Below are positions 1-13,199 of a DNA stretch of 64,000 nt, piece by piece. How positions within the stretch are numbered: the stretch's first letter is position 1; the number at the start of each line of letters is the position of its first letter. Source of the stretch: Octopus sinensis (Eukaryota); contig NC_043004.1 of the NCBI RefSeq assembly GCF_006345805.1, positions 19,654,001 through 19,718,000 of the forward strand, written 5' to 3'. The notes under the pieces were generated by a model. The model saw only the letters and a program-made list of their open reading frames with translations. It was not told where the DNA came from and did not search any database. A program made the position numbers and the translations under genes.

Positions 1-375
1 ATATATATATGTGATGTAGGTGATTGCCCGGGTTTATTTGAAGATTTCTTGCCAGTAGAGAAAGAGCCGGTTTCTGACTTAAGTCCAAGGTTCCTTCACT
101 GGAATTTCAACATCAACAACGCTGTATTTTTGTTTGTTTGTTTGTATGTATAAGTAAATAATATGCCAATTGTACACTTCAAAGGTTTATATGTCAAAGG
201 TTTTTATGCACTCGATGTTTTATAAATAGATTATTTTCAACGAGAAGGGAGCTAGGGGAAACAGTTGCAAACAAGTTGGTATTGCTGCATCCTCTGACAA
301 TCTGCTGCAGAAGCTGAAGAAATGTTTGACTTGATATTAGTCAAATGAATGCAAAAGAATGTATTTATATTTATA

Positions 376-820
376 GGTGCAGGAGTGGCTGTGTGGTAAG
401 TAGCTTAATTACCAACCTCATGGTTCCGGGTTCAGTCCCACTGCGTGGCACCTTGGGCAAGTGTCTTCTACTATAGCCTCGGGCCGACCAAAGCCTTGTG
501 GGTGGATTTGGTAGACGGAAACTAGAAGAAGCCCGTCGTGTATATTTATATATATATATATATATACACGACGGGCGTCTTATATATATGTATGTATGTG
601 TGTGTGTGTGTTTGTGTGTCTGTGTTTGTCTCCCTAGCATTGCTTGACAACCGATGCTGGTGTGTTTATGTCCCCGTCACTTAGCGGTTCGGCAAATGAA
701 ACCGATATAATAAGTACTGGGCTTACAAAGAATAAGTCCCGGGGTCGAGTTGCTCGATTAAAGGTGGTGCTCCAGCATGGCCGCAGTCAAATGGCTGAAA
801 CAAGTAAAAGAGTAAAAGAG
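376..820 (+). mobile_element. tRNA-derived SINE (family A) with internal (TA)n/(TG)n tract
   Basis: Head GGAGTGGCTGTGTGGTAAG...GGTTCCGGGTTCAGTCCC has A/B-box-like motifs. The body and AAGTAAAAGAG tail recur at 10397, 44057, 46340(-) and 56037 in this window. Confidence 0.85.
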
Positions 821-3800
821 TGAAGAGTATATTAGGTTGTCAGGATTTTAATTCTTTGTTTGTTATTGAATTATAGCTACAAATATTTGAAAGAAACAGC
901 AGTGCTATGGATATATGTGGGAACATATTTGTGTTTCGTTCTACATGCAATTTCGTTTTATAAAGTAACACGAATATTCTACTTCATATTACATTTGAAG
1001 TAGAACTGTTTTCCTTATCAAATATGAAAAATGTGAAAACAATCGACACCTTGAACCTTTGTTATTAATCATTGACAAACACACATGTTTGTCAATTAAA
1101 GAAATACCAGATCGAGCAATGAAACAATCAGGTGACTTATCGCAGTAACTGATTTCTTGTTTGTTGGATATAGAGATAAAAAGGAGGCGGATTGATAGAA
1201 CGCATAATGCCTCAAATGAAGACGAATAACTTAAAGGTTGCTGTTACTTAAAGACATACGTATTCATTTCCATGGGTGAATCTTTTGAAACGTTAGAATT
1301 GTTCAGGATCTCAATTATTCGTGCAAGAAGACTAAAGGACAATGTGTTTAAGCATAGGATTGATAAATAATAGAAACAATACAGCCCTGATTTAGTAATA
1401 TGAAACATCGTGTCGCTAAGAAAACATATTGTCTTGAGACAAATCTGTTTTGAAATAATGCTGTACAATTAAGTATTAAATGAATACATGAAGAATATTT
1501 AGTTGAATATGGTTTATGATATATTATCTTTAGTTCTAAACTCAAGAATTTAATTTTATTCTTTTCAAAAGGAAGTCTCTGTTTTGAAACTTTGGTTACA
1601 AATATAAATTTGATAATGAACGGTACTTAGTTTAACCAAACATGTACATAGATTAGTAAATAGGCACTTTTACATCTACAAAGGCAAATAACTTTCTGTA
1701 TACATCAACATTATTACATTTCCCATGCTTTATATAATGTAGCCGTTAAGACAGAGATTGGCGGAATCGTTCGGACAAAATTAACTTGTATTTCTTCCAG
1801 ATCTTTGCCTTATGAATTCAAATCTCTCCCAGGTCAACTTTGTCTCTGATCCCTTCGGGCTCACTATTTTAAGTATTAATCTAGAACTTGAGTTTATTTA
1901 ATCGTCTAACTGATTTCTATGAAATTTGTGTCTGTGTTAAAAACAATTATAATTTTTACAGTCATTATCAACATCATTATTTTTCTATATTATCACGGAT
2001 TCCATATATTTGTAGCTTTTTGAGGATGGTTTTTCAACAATTCCTCTGTGAAGCCTTGCGAAATCAAATCTGATTTTAGAGACTGTGATCCGCGGTTATT
2101 GATACTACTTTGTCTATCTGTAACATTTACGTATCTGCTACTCTGTGAAACTATCGGAGATTCCACTAGAGATGTTTTTACTGATTACTTGCGATAGTTA
2201 GTCAGTAATGATGTAATTTACATTATTGTTGTAAATATCGAAAATAGTATTTTGCCTTTGATCACTACTATTACATAGTTATTTCATCTTTGACTTGAGT
2301 CAGCTGACTCAAAGGCTCTTTATATAAGATTTTCAGTAATTTTTCAGAAGGTCCTGTAATGAGAATGAGATGATTAATGTACGAAAGTTCTCACGGGAGG
2401 ATGATTCTGAATATTTTCCTAATTGCTTAAATTACGATAAAAAATTTAATTCAGATCTCTGCTGGATACATGTTTGTATATTAAAAATAGTGCTAAATCC
2501 ACCACTAATGCTCTATAATTTTAACTGTAATTAATGTGTGCTCAACATATCAAGTTAAAATATCGATTCTATGCTTATATATAAAACATCTAATCTCTGT
2601 CAGTCGTTTTATATATCGGTTACTCGATGCAATTACTGACGATTTATCGCGGATCGAAAAATATAAACATATTTAGTGATTAAAGAAACATTTCCCTGTT
2701 CTTCGACATCTAATGCGTCCAATTTCTTCATTTCTACCCACTTTATTGATGAGAACACAAAGTGACCTTTTGATTATGATTTATGCTCTGGAAAGTGCTT
2801 ACGTTAAGCATGTAAACTTAAACAAGCAACAAAAGCAATCAGCAGTTATTTTTATATTATTTGGATGACAAACTTAATCCATTGTCCAGTTTAACACCAC
2901 CATCTAGCTATCGGCTGTTTTGAGTGGAGTCCACTCTGTTGTAAATATCCGGGTCAAATTTCCAGTTTGACAATAACTTCTTGCCCTGCCAAAAGTTTCA
3001 GAAACTTGCCCCTCTCTTTTAACCCAAGTATAACAAATAGATATGTGTTCCAAATATCCTTAAATGCTTTTATGACCACATCGTAACCAGGAACAAATCC
3101 ACTGACGTATCTGCTTCCTGAAGAGTTGGCAACTACATAACTTAACTCTGCAATCACTTATAGGTCTTTAGGTTTCTATAACATTTCAGAGTTCCAACAG
3201 CATCATCACTATGTATATCGTGAGAAAAATGATCTGGGAAAACTCAACTATAAAATAACGATGATAAGCATAACTTAATTACCGTCTGACCGTCTACACT
3301 CTATCAATCAAGGAACATGTACTCTCTGCTAACCAAGATTCAACAGCAAGATCAACGCAGTGTATATCACATCAGGCAACATAATATATTACACTTCATT
3401 GGAAATACATGGATGATTCCCTTGTGCTGACATATTCTAGTGAAGAGATCACGAGAAATCCTTAAACCTTTATTGCCCTTCAAAATGGTATCAAGTTTGT
3501 TATCAAATATCTTAGAGCAGAGGGCTCCCTAAGTGTGGCTGACTTCTCCACGCCCTTTCCTTCAGTGGCCACCAGATTCAGTTCTATGAGAAACAAGCAA
3601 AGAAGGATATCTTTTTTCGCTCAAATTCCGCGTGCCTCAAAACCATAGTACCTAGCAGTCTCACTCGCTGCGTGGATTGATACAGTTCTTTCCTACAATA
3701 CCTCCTACTCAGAAAACCTCAGTACGGAGAAAAGAACTTCGCGTGGATGCCCTCCGCTAGATGTTACAAACCAAATGTTTTTTGAACGAGATTTTCACAA

Positions 3801-5273
3801 AAAAGGTTTTGTGAAACGAGTACACCATGGCATCAACCATGCAAATAAACTGACAGAAACCTTGACCAACATAGAGAAAGAAAACAGAGATTGAATGGCA
3901 AGGTGTTAGTTACTAGTGCCAGTCAGGTGTAAAGTAAAAGAATTAATGGTAGGAAGAGAGGGATGGAGAGAGAAAAAGAGAGAATAGTGAGAGGAGAAAA
4001 CAAACGCAAAGAATTAAAGAATATTAAAGAATAAAATGCTTATATTTTCATGATTCTGCATGATGAGCAAAGAGTAAATAAATTAAGATGTTATCTCAAA
4101 AAATCTAGCATTTCTGCAAGAATCATGAGACGATATCTGCCCTCGGATTGTGTCGCATTACTGTAGTCGAATCATATTAGGAAATATATCAGTAAAGACT
4201 GATAGACGATTGTGCAACTCAACATCAATTACTCTTAAGAATAAGGGAATGCTTCTGTCAAGCATCATAACTTAGCGCAGCATTCCAGCACATATTAAAC
4301 AACTGATAAAAACATTGGTCTTAGTCACACGAACAACTACTGTAGACATCCGCATCGTAGAGGCACACTTCCATAAGACAGACAGAACTTTACGCTGAAT
4401 TGCGAAGGAGAATTGGATCCAAAGAAATACATATTCAGTTTCTCTGTGCAACAAAGTGTTGTGGTGTGAACTGAAATTCCCGCACGTGATTGTCAGTGGA
4501 CTGGATGAGTCTTGTAATTGATGAGCTAGTAGACAGTTGAGGTCGAATTGTGAGAGCGTTAGTCTTGTTCTTGATTCTGCGTTGAGGTATTAGACTGTTA
4601 TTGAGCGAATGGTTATAATAAGATAACAAACTTTGTCAGATTGCTTATAGTTATACTATTACATTTGGTACTGTGATACATTGTTACACACACACACACA
4701 TCATATATTATCACTAACTATATAACACAAAAATATGTATGTTTCTTTTACCATATGACTCCTTTTCCCTGAATCCGCCCCATATTTTGTTGTTTACCTA
4801 GTGTTTTGACCAGAACCATTCAGATTGACGATGTATCGTAAATATTAATGAGTAAGAATTAAATCAGCCACAATAATTCCAGTCTACGCTTATTTATGCT
4901 ATTTTGAAATTATGCTGTATTCTCAGAAGTAATTTTGTTATATAATTCTGTCACTTTTCAAATAAATCGTCACTTAACTACTAATCTCCTACGCACAACA
5001 TAAACATATTGCTTAAGATATTCATTATAAGAACTGTTTAATGATTGCTATCACCTGCATATTTTGATTTATGCTTTCAGAATATTACAAGAATATTTAA
5101 TACATTCACTTAAAGAATTAATGTTAAAGACTGGATGAGGAAGATATAATTAACTTTAGTAAAATATACAAAGTAAAGAAAACAGGTACCAAATTGAAAA
5201 TATAGGACTTCTGTCTTTAAGAAAGTCATGCAACCGGTCTTCCAGTTTACTAGCAATGCGAAATGTCTCGCAG

Positions 5274-5545
5274 CTAATGACATATCACTCCATGATCTAT
5301 CTTATCAAATGTCTTTGCAAAGTCAAGGTATATTACGCTGACATCTGAATGGTCAAGCAGCTGTTTCGAAATCCAGTCGTAGTGCTGTAGGAGCTGTGTG
5401 AGAGAGCGTCTTCCTGGACGAAATCCATGCTGTGTATTGATCAGCAGGTCATTTTCTTCTAGGAACATGATCACTTTCTTTCTGATGATTCGCTCTATGA
5501 CTTTATTGATATGTGGACCAAACCTTTCATATACTACCAAACAGA
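5274..5545 (-). mobile_element. CR1/L2/Jockey-group LINE reverse transcriptase fragment
   Basis: Translation FLEENDLLINTQHGFRPGRRSLTQLLQHYDWISKQLLDHSDVSVIYLDFAKTFDKIDH carries the QHGFR and YLDFAKAFD(K)VDH motifs of non-LTR RT. Confidence 0.85.
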
Positions 5546-6525
5546 TAACAAGTTACGTAGGTGAAGAGTTTCTTTAGCCTGGGGTGTTGCTGTTTTTACT
5601 TTCGCTACCCGCTGTCTTCAGCGCTTGACATTTTTTTAGGGAAGCCATTTCTCGTCACCAGTCAATATTAGGACCCAAAACGGTTCAATCGTTAGACGTG
5701 ACAGCAAAGAAGAGCACACATTCACGCTCTGCATGCGATTAGACTCGGAAAGTTCATGAGGGACCCATTGATCCAATCTTCTGACTTTTCCGACTGTACT
5801 CAGGTGTCGATGACTGGTTGAATGACCAAATCCCAGCTTCTCTTCTAGTCTTCAACAGTTACGTGGGATTTTGTTCCACCAAGGTTTGCAGAACTTCATG
5901 GACGAGTATCGGCTTCTAGACTGTTTCCGGCTCGGAATTTCTGGAATTACTTTTGACACTGGTTTATGCTTATTGTCCGATCCCCATATACTGCATTGAT
6001 ATTCCTCGCACTTACCGTTGTGTTGTTGCCTTTACTGAACTCATAAAGTAAAATATGTCGAATATGCTCCTTTGTCGCTTCCATTATAGCTTTGAAAAAA
6101 ATAACTATTAGAATCGAACTGCACTCTTCAAAACTTGCACTAAGAATCAGTACAGGATAAAATTAACAGCTGCTTTTATAGCAAGTTGATGCAGGTGGTT
6201 TATCCCGTCCTCTTTATTTCATGCGATTGAAAAAAAAAACCGCATTATTTATGTGATGACCTAACATATAATAATGAACAACATAATGTAACATTATTTA
6301 TATTATTTACATTTGACGGATATTTGTCCTCATCTTGTTTGTTGTTAACACAACGTTTCGGCTGATATACCCTCCAGCCTTCAATAGCCGAAATGTGTTA
6401 ACAAAGAAGATGTAAATAATGTAAATAATGTACATAATTCCTCATCTCTTAAATATGGAACTGTAACATAATACAATAATATATGTATAATGAACAACAT
6501 ACTATAGTAATATGTTTTTTTTTTA

Positions 6526-6860
6526 AGCACTCCGTCGGTTACGACGACGAGGGTTCCGGTTGATCCGAATCAACGGAACAGCCTGCTCGTGAAATTAACG
6601 TGTAAGTGACTGAGCACTCCACGGACACGTGTACCCTTAACGTAGTTCTCGGGGATATTCAGCGTGACACAGAGAGTGGCAAGGCCGGCCCTTTGAAATA
6701 CAGGTACAACAGAAACAGGAAGTAAGAGTGAGAGAAGCCTCGTGGAGCTTTAGGTGTTTTCGCTCAATAAACACTCACAACGCCCGGTCTGGGAATCGAA
6801 ACCGCGATCCTATGACCGCGAGTCCGCTGCCCTAACCACTGGGTCATTGCGCCTCCACAT
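6526..6860 (-). mobile_element. tRNA-derived SINE, chimeric (family C head, family D body)
   Basis: The minus-strand head GGAGGCGCAATGACCCAGTGGTTAGGGCAGCGGAC...GGTTTCGATTCCC is nearly identical to the head at 54560-54688. The body matches the plus-strand repeats at 35770-35920. Confidence 0.8.
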
Positions 6861-6942
6861 AATAATATGTAATACATATAATAAAGAACAATATAATCTA
6901 ATAATATGTAATATATGTAACAATGAACTACATAATAAATAT

Positions 6943-7275
6943 AACAAGAGCACTAAGAGAGCGCAAACCTCTGCCAAGGCAACACAGACGTCCTCCAAAC
7001 GATTAGCCAGAAATGATTTTTAAAAATGAGAATATTTGAAATAAACTCAACTGCTCTCACAAAAGTGCATACTTAAAATGAACCCGATCGCTCTCAGAAA
7101 ATTAAGTAAAAAAATCCGGAAAAATAATCCCGAATCCTTGTTTGGTACCGGATTGATCCTAAACTCTAATCAGTTCGAGCCAGTCACAAGGTCAAACATC
7201 TCTGAAAGTTTCATTTGAATCCATCGAGCGGTTCTTGAGATATCTTGTCCAAGGACAAACAAACAGACAAACGCA
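6943..7275. mobile_element. non-autonomous interspersed repeat (Helentron/HINE-like MITE, tentative)
   Basis: Begins AACAAGAGCACTAAGAGAGCGCAAACC and ends with the (ACAA/ACAG)n-type motif typical of HINE/DINE-like elements. The class assignment is from resemblance only. Confidence 0.35.
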
Positions 7276-7282
7276 TATATAT

Positions 7283-7410
7283 TAGGCAGAATCATTAGCA
7301 CGGCGGGTGAAATGCTTAGCAGTATTTCGTCTGCCGTTACGTCCTGAGTTCAAATTCCGCTGAGGTTGACTTTGTCTTTCCTCCTTTACGAGTCGATTAA
7401 TAAGTAAAGC
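7283..7410 (+). mobile_element. tRNA-derived SINE (family B)
   Basis: GGCAGAATCATTAGCAC...CTGAGTTCAAATTCCGCTGAGG; the same motif recurs more than 10 times in the window. Confidence 0.8.
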
Positions 7411-7419
7411 TCTTACAAT

Positions 7420-7900
7420 ACCCACCGCCAAGTTGTGATAGTTCAACCTGTCGAATGCTTTGGAGTAAATCAAACTGATCAGTGCGCAGTGATATATCGC
7501 ATGAATTGTTCTGGATAGATATGCGGAGGACCGTACAGTTTCCTACGTCTCCAACTATACTGTCATCAACAAGCTTCAGCTTCTCGACAGAACCTTTGCC
7601 AAAATTTTTTTTCTCTGTGCTGAACAGTGTTTATGGCTCTGAAATTTTCTTTCTCGCCAAATTTGGTAGGATCTTTTCCCAGCAGCGTCAACACGCTCTG
7701 GCTGACTCAGCTGGAAATGCTTCCAGTCTACAACAGACAACATTACACTACCAAGACAGGTAGGAATGAAACGTCAGGTATGCGAAAGTACAGCTCGTCG
7801 GGAAGGCCATACTATGCTAGAGATTTGTGCCGTACACTGGGTTTCATTATTTTTCTTTAGAAGAAATCAGCTTTTCCCTGTCATATAGTTGCGGTAAACT
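7420..7900 (-). mobile_element. Tx1/L1-clade LINE ORF2 RT fragment, frameshifted
   Basis: Minus-strand pieces SVLTLLGKDPTKFGEKENFRAI, KVLSRKLKLV-like and YSKAFDRLNYHNLA correspond to the L1/Tx1 RT motifs (TLL.K...NFRPI.LL; KAFDRV.H). Confidence 0.75.
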
Positions 7901-10396
7901 GTCGAGGTCGGCTTCAAAACAAGCTGAACAAAAATATTGTCTAGATATTACATTAATGTTATATTCTGGAATAAAAATTAACTGAAATAACCTTTAAAAA
8001 TTACTTGAAATAATATTTTTCATAGAATTTATTATTATAGCTGTTTAGTGGTTTTTGATTTTGATAATGTTTTTGTACCTGTTGATTTTTTTCTTTTCCT
8101 TGTTACTTTTCAGTTTGTTGTTTAAAAATTGTTTATTTTACTGTTAAATGTTATTGTTTATTATTGTTCCTTTCATTGCATTCTGCATCAATATATTTTA
8201 TTTTGTTGTTGAAGTTGTTGTTGTTTTTTGTGTTTATATAATTTAACACCGATAACAATTTTTGTTTAACCCTATTTGAGTTATAAATATTCCTTAGCTC
8301 CATCAATACGAGGAAAGTTATATAACATCGATCATAATAATAATAATAACAACAATGACAACTGAATGAACAAGATAAAGGAAACTAGCAGTTTCCAATG
8401 CTGAAAACGCGAAACAAAAACAATTGACACATAAATGAATGGAAGCATGAGCAACAGAAATAAATTTATTATGAACAACACCGAAAACTCACAAGAAATG
8501 TTGAGAACAACAACGATAACCACCTAAGAAAGTGTTCATTGATATACTGACAGTATCATTGTGAGTGTTTTAGCTTACCATTTAAGCTTACTTTCATAGC
8601 TTTCTATTATAGTTTACATTTCAATTCAATTATGATGCCGATTGCTTTTCACAGGCATTCTTTACCTTTCTTCTTGCTTCTGTCAAAAATGCTTTGCTTT
8701 ATGTGCTCATTCTCCATGTGAACGGTTTACTTCAAAGTACATGTAATAAAAACAAAAACAAAAGCAAGACAAAACCTTACAACATTTGAAGTTCATGACC
8801 GAACGAACAAAATGGCTTTTATTCAAATTCACATGGATAAAATGTGAATAATGAAACGGATTGAGTATTTAGGAACGATTCAATGTAAGAGTTTGAAAAG
8901 GGGATGACAAGAGGATTAAAATAAATAAGGGCGGAATACCACTTTTTTGTTTAGTTTTGTAAAGGCCAAACAAGAAATCATGTTCTGAATGGAATTTCAA
9001 ATTATTTAAGTAGAAATTTATTCAGAATTATTCTATTTTACAGATTCAAATGATGGCCATGAATAATCAATTCCAGAACATTTTCCCGAATTATTTTAGA
9101 TAATTATTCCTGGCTATTGCTTTTCACATAGAAACCAAGTACGCCATCTTCAATGGATTATATTGAAGAGAGATTAATACACCTCATTTCAAAATGAATT
9201 AAAAATTATGTGCAAAGAGAACAGAATAGAAGCACTTGTAGAATATTATTAAAGGATCTGTGAAGTCTAATTTTTCGTGGTGATCTTTTACTTTTGCTTA
9301 AATAGAAGGAAAGAGAGAGCGCAAGAGAGGGGGAGAGAAAGACGAGAGAGAGAGAACAAAGAGAGAGGGAGAGAGGGAGAGAGGGAGAGAGGGAGAGAGA
9401 GAGCGACAACTTATTGTATGCAAGGATTTCAATCGGTAAATATCTGTCAATTAAATAGGCAAGTAACATATATTTGAACAAGATTTAGGAGTTAGGATAA
9501 GCATTTAAGTGCAACAACATATACATTACCTTGTCTCCCTATATTCTGAAAAACAAAACAGAACATTTTATCAAGGCTAACATAGTAGTTTGTCGCCATA
9601 TAATACTTCTGGACTGCTTCAATAGTCTACTATAGATGGTCAAGTGTGTAGTGGAAACAGATAATAATTAATATTGAACATTGAAGTACTGCTTATAATC
9701 GAGAGTAAGAGAAACAAAAGAGAGAGAGATATGAAGAGAGAGATTGAGAGGTAAAGAGAGAGGGGGTGGAGAATTGCGTGCTGATTGGTTTTATAAATCG
9801 CGGAAGAAGCATTAACTAATTAAGAACGTACAAAACTGTAATATCTCGTTTCCGTTTATTTCTTGTCAAAATATTCATCACATTACTTCATCCTAAAGAC
9901 TCATACAATTCCAATGTAAAGGTTGAAAATCAGTTACTGGTGAGATTTCATAAACATCGGAGTGTTTGTTTATTTTTCTCTTATTTTTGTTTTTTGAAAA
10001 TTTGGAAATGTGGGATTAATGCATAGTTGCTGACTAAACTTTTGACTGATGTTAGTCACTTTTATATTACTTCTGTATTTTATCTATCTATATTTATTGA
10101 AATATTTCTTCTCACTATTCCTTCTCGTTTCATTTTTCAATACAAATTACAAAAAAACCAGAAAAACTGGATCTAAAAGTAACCAACAGAGGCCCATATG
10201 TCATAAGCCAACTGGTAACAGTGCAGAATATCCACAGCCCTATAGCGGTCAAATAAAAATAGAACAAAGAAATGAAAACAAGATGAGGCTTATAAAATCT
10301 CACCTGTAACATATTTTCAATAGCTGCGTCGAAATTGTGTCACTGACAAAGTTGCAAAAATTCAATTAAATTTTTGATACATAAAGAAATACAGAA

Positions 10397-10640
10397 TTGG
10401 CTGTGAGGTTAAAAGTTTGCTTACGAACTCCGTTGTGTAGAGTTCAGTTTCACTGCGTGGCAGCTTGAGCAAATGTCTTCTATAGCCCCGGGCCAACTAA
10501 AGTCTTGTGAGTCGATTTGGTAGACGTGTACAGGTATGTATCAATGGTTGTATGTAGATCTTTATGGCTGTCGCAATTTGTTCGACTAAGCTCTTCAAAG
10601 CAGTGCCCTAGAATGGACACAATCTAATGACTGAAAACGG
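10397..10640 (+). mobile_element. degenerate SINE family A
   Basis: TTCAGTTTCACTGCGTGGCAGCTTGAGCAAATGTCTTC...GATTTGGTAGACG aligns to the 376-540 copy. Confidence 0.65.
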
Positions 10641-10811
10641 AAAAGAAAGATAGCAATTTCTGTGCATTCTAAAATGACTAAAAGGGTCCTTCTATGTTGT
10701 AGTTATTTCGATTTTAAGACAGTCTCAGTTCAAGATTTTTTTTTATATATTTGACAATTAGGATAATAGAAAGTTGGTTATCACAGTCAGTAAAGTTGAT
10801 CATATACGCAC

Positions 10812-10863
<52 letters not shown>

Positions 10864-12039
10864 ATATCTGGGAGCATAATGTATGTGTATTAGGTACGCC
10901 TAATGCTAATTTTCTTCAGATATACAAGTGAATAATAACCCATTCCCTAATCCTACATCAGTCCTGAGTGATTCAACAAATAGTTTCAGTTATTCAGTTA
11001 TGGCTTCATATACCACGGGTTACATTGTTCAATGTCTCCTTTTATTTTTAGCACATTAATGTGTGTTTACGAGAAGTTTTGATGCTATATTCAGCAGGTT
11101 ACGTGGTCACGAAGACTATCTTCTTTTAGCTCGAATATGTTAGTGTCGATTTCCATAAGGTCAGTTTAATAATGTCAGACAAATGCCTGTTGTAGTAAAC
11201 AGATTGTTTGAACTGGTGCAGATTGTATCCCTAAGAAAAAAAGGGTAAAACAAAGAACTAGTTTTGGTTTTGTTATCTAACATAGTTTGAGTTATAAATC
11301 AATTAGAAAATCCTTAACAGGGGTTGGCAACAACACTCTCTTCTTTGCACTTCCGTCACCATCTGACATTCACTTAGGTAAATCATGGAAATAGAATAAT
11401 GGGCATCGTCCAGGAACCATCTAATGAACAATTTCTTTAGCTCAGGCAATGTATCTCAGAAATTATTGATAAAAAATATATATTCTATACTTTGTTGAGA
11501 AAGATGTTTTTAAAAAAAATTGATGTGAAGTAATTAATTAATTAACTAAGTAATTAATGTTGTACGTGTATATCTTGAAGATATGAATATCCAGTTGCAA
11601 CAGGGTAAATAGTTTTTCATACTGCTTTTAGTATTGAAGATGGTGTTGTTGACGTTGATACGGTTGATCATTATGTTCATATTCTTGATTTGGATGTTTT
11701 GCTTCCTACTGGTTTGTTCAATTGTTATTTTTTCCGACTGATATTTCATTAAAGTTATTAGAACTAATTAGTAAATTTCTTGTATTGCAATGCTTATCAC
11801 ATTATTGTTCCACTCTGTATTACTGTTTTCGTGCTGGAACAAGCAGGGTAATTGATAACAGTTCGAAGAAAAGATGTATAGCTATAGAAATGAAGAATTT
11901 CACTAATCAGCATCTTCCTCAATTAAAAGTGAGATCTTAAAAAGTTGGAAATGTAATTTTAATCTATTTATTGATATAACGTTTTGTTAATTTATCTAAC
12001 ACGACAGTGCATTTTTACAAATATCTTCGTTATATATAT

Positions 12040-12107
<68 letters not shown>

Positions 12108-12546
12108 TTGATGGACTCTCCCCTCGAAGACGACGTATGAGCGTTCAGCTTTTGCCGAATGACCTGTATAAATGATTTGTTCTACTGATCAAATGTTCGT
12201 GCTGCCCATTAACTCACGCTCGTCATCAAATCGACTTTGTCTGACCAGGTGCATGATGTACCAGGTGTCAGATGTCGAAATTATCACAGAGCAACGTGAT
12301 ATATATATATATATTCAGTTGAATTAGGTACTAGAATTGATGCATTTATTTGCACACTCAAACAATATTAGGTGAGCATCAAACGCTACATATACTTTTT
12401 TCCACTTGATCTTCATGCAGTGTATGCAGATGGCACGGCCCAACTAACTTAGTGAATAAATCCGCCCTTATTTGTTCAGACATGTACTTTATATAATGAT
12501 ACTTTGCAAATGCTTCCGATATTCAGATTCCAGGGTACGTGAGTAA

Positions 12547-13150
12547 AATATAAATAAGTAACAAAGGTGTATAAGCATCAATTTATTACGGCCGTTTCGA
12601 GCGACTCCTTTGATTGATCAATGAAAGCATTACATCATTACAAAGAAAACCGTTCTTATCAAATGAGTGCATAGATCTCAAATATAAGGAACAAGTTAAT
12701 TATATGAACATATTCATATCATCAATAGAAAGTCTATATTTAATATGATTCCGTTGCTATGCTTTTGGCCGAATGAAAAAAGGACAGTACAGCTACAGAC
12801 AAACCAGAAGTTAGCATAGGCTAGAGTGGGGTATGAGGGATGAATGAGAGTAGTGACCCCGTTATCTACACATCGAAGAATTCAGTCTTTAGAACATCTA
12901 ATATCTAGAGTGTCGTAAATAAATTAGTATCATGACAGACCGTTCTACTATCTGAGGTCATAGGGTGGTAAACCAGAATCTCTGTTGGGGGGAGTGGTGA
13001 TGATAGACAAAGAAGAGGAGATAGTGATGGCGAATACAGGTTCGTTTCATTGTCATCTTCAAGGGGAAAAAGTGAAGGATTGTGGGTGGGATGTAAATTG
13101 AAAGAGTAAGTTTTTACCTTAGTTTACTGGCACCCTTAAAGCAAGATATT
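12547..13150. repeat. left arm of a ~600-bp inverted repeat (partner at 13930-14620)
   Basis: Reverse-complement matches run through the arm, e.g. CATGACAGACCGTTCTACT vs AGTAGAACGGTCTGTCATG, and TTTTACCTTAGTTTACT vs AGTAAACTAAGGTAAAA. Confidence 0.85.
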
Positions 13151-13199
13151 AATATATATACATATATAAAGGCTGCACAGAATTTGTTTTCATATATCC

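Noticed and set aside
314-350. CTGAAGA followed by the hairpin TTTGACT/AGTCAAA
   Set aside because: No GAAA core and no stems I/III.
4330-4480. Possible mariner HTH remnant (DRTLR*IAKE)
   Set aside because: Too short and degenerate to support a call.
10170-10239. Strong polypyrimidine acceptor with frame AVDILHCYQLAYDIWASV
   Set aside because: No credible donor before the stop codon; no recognisable homology.
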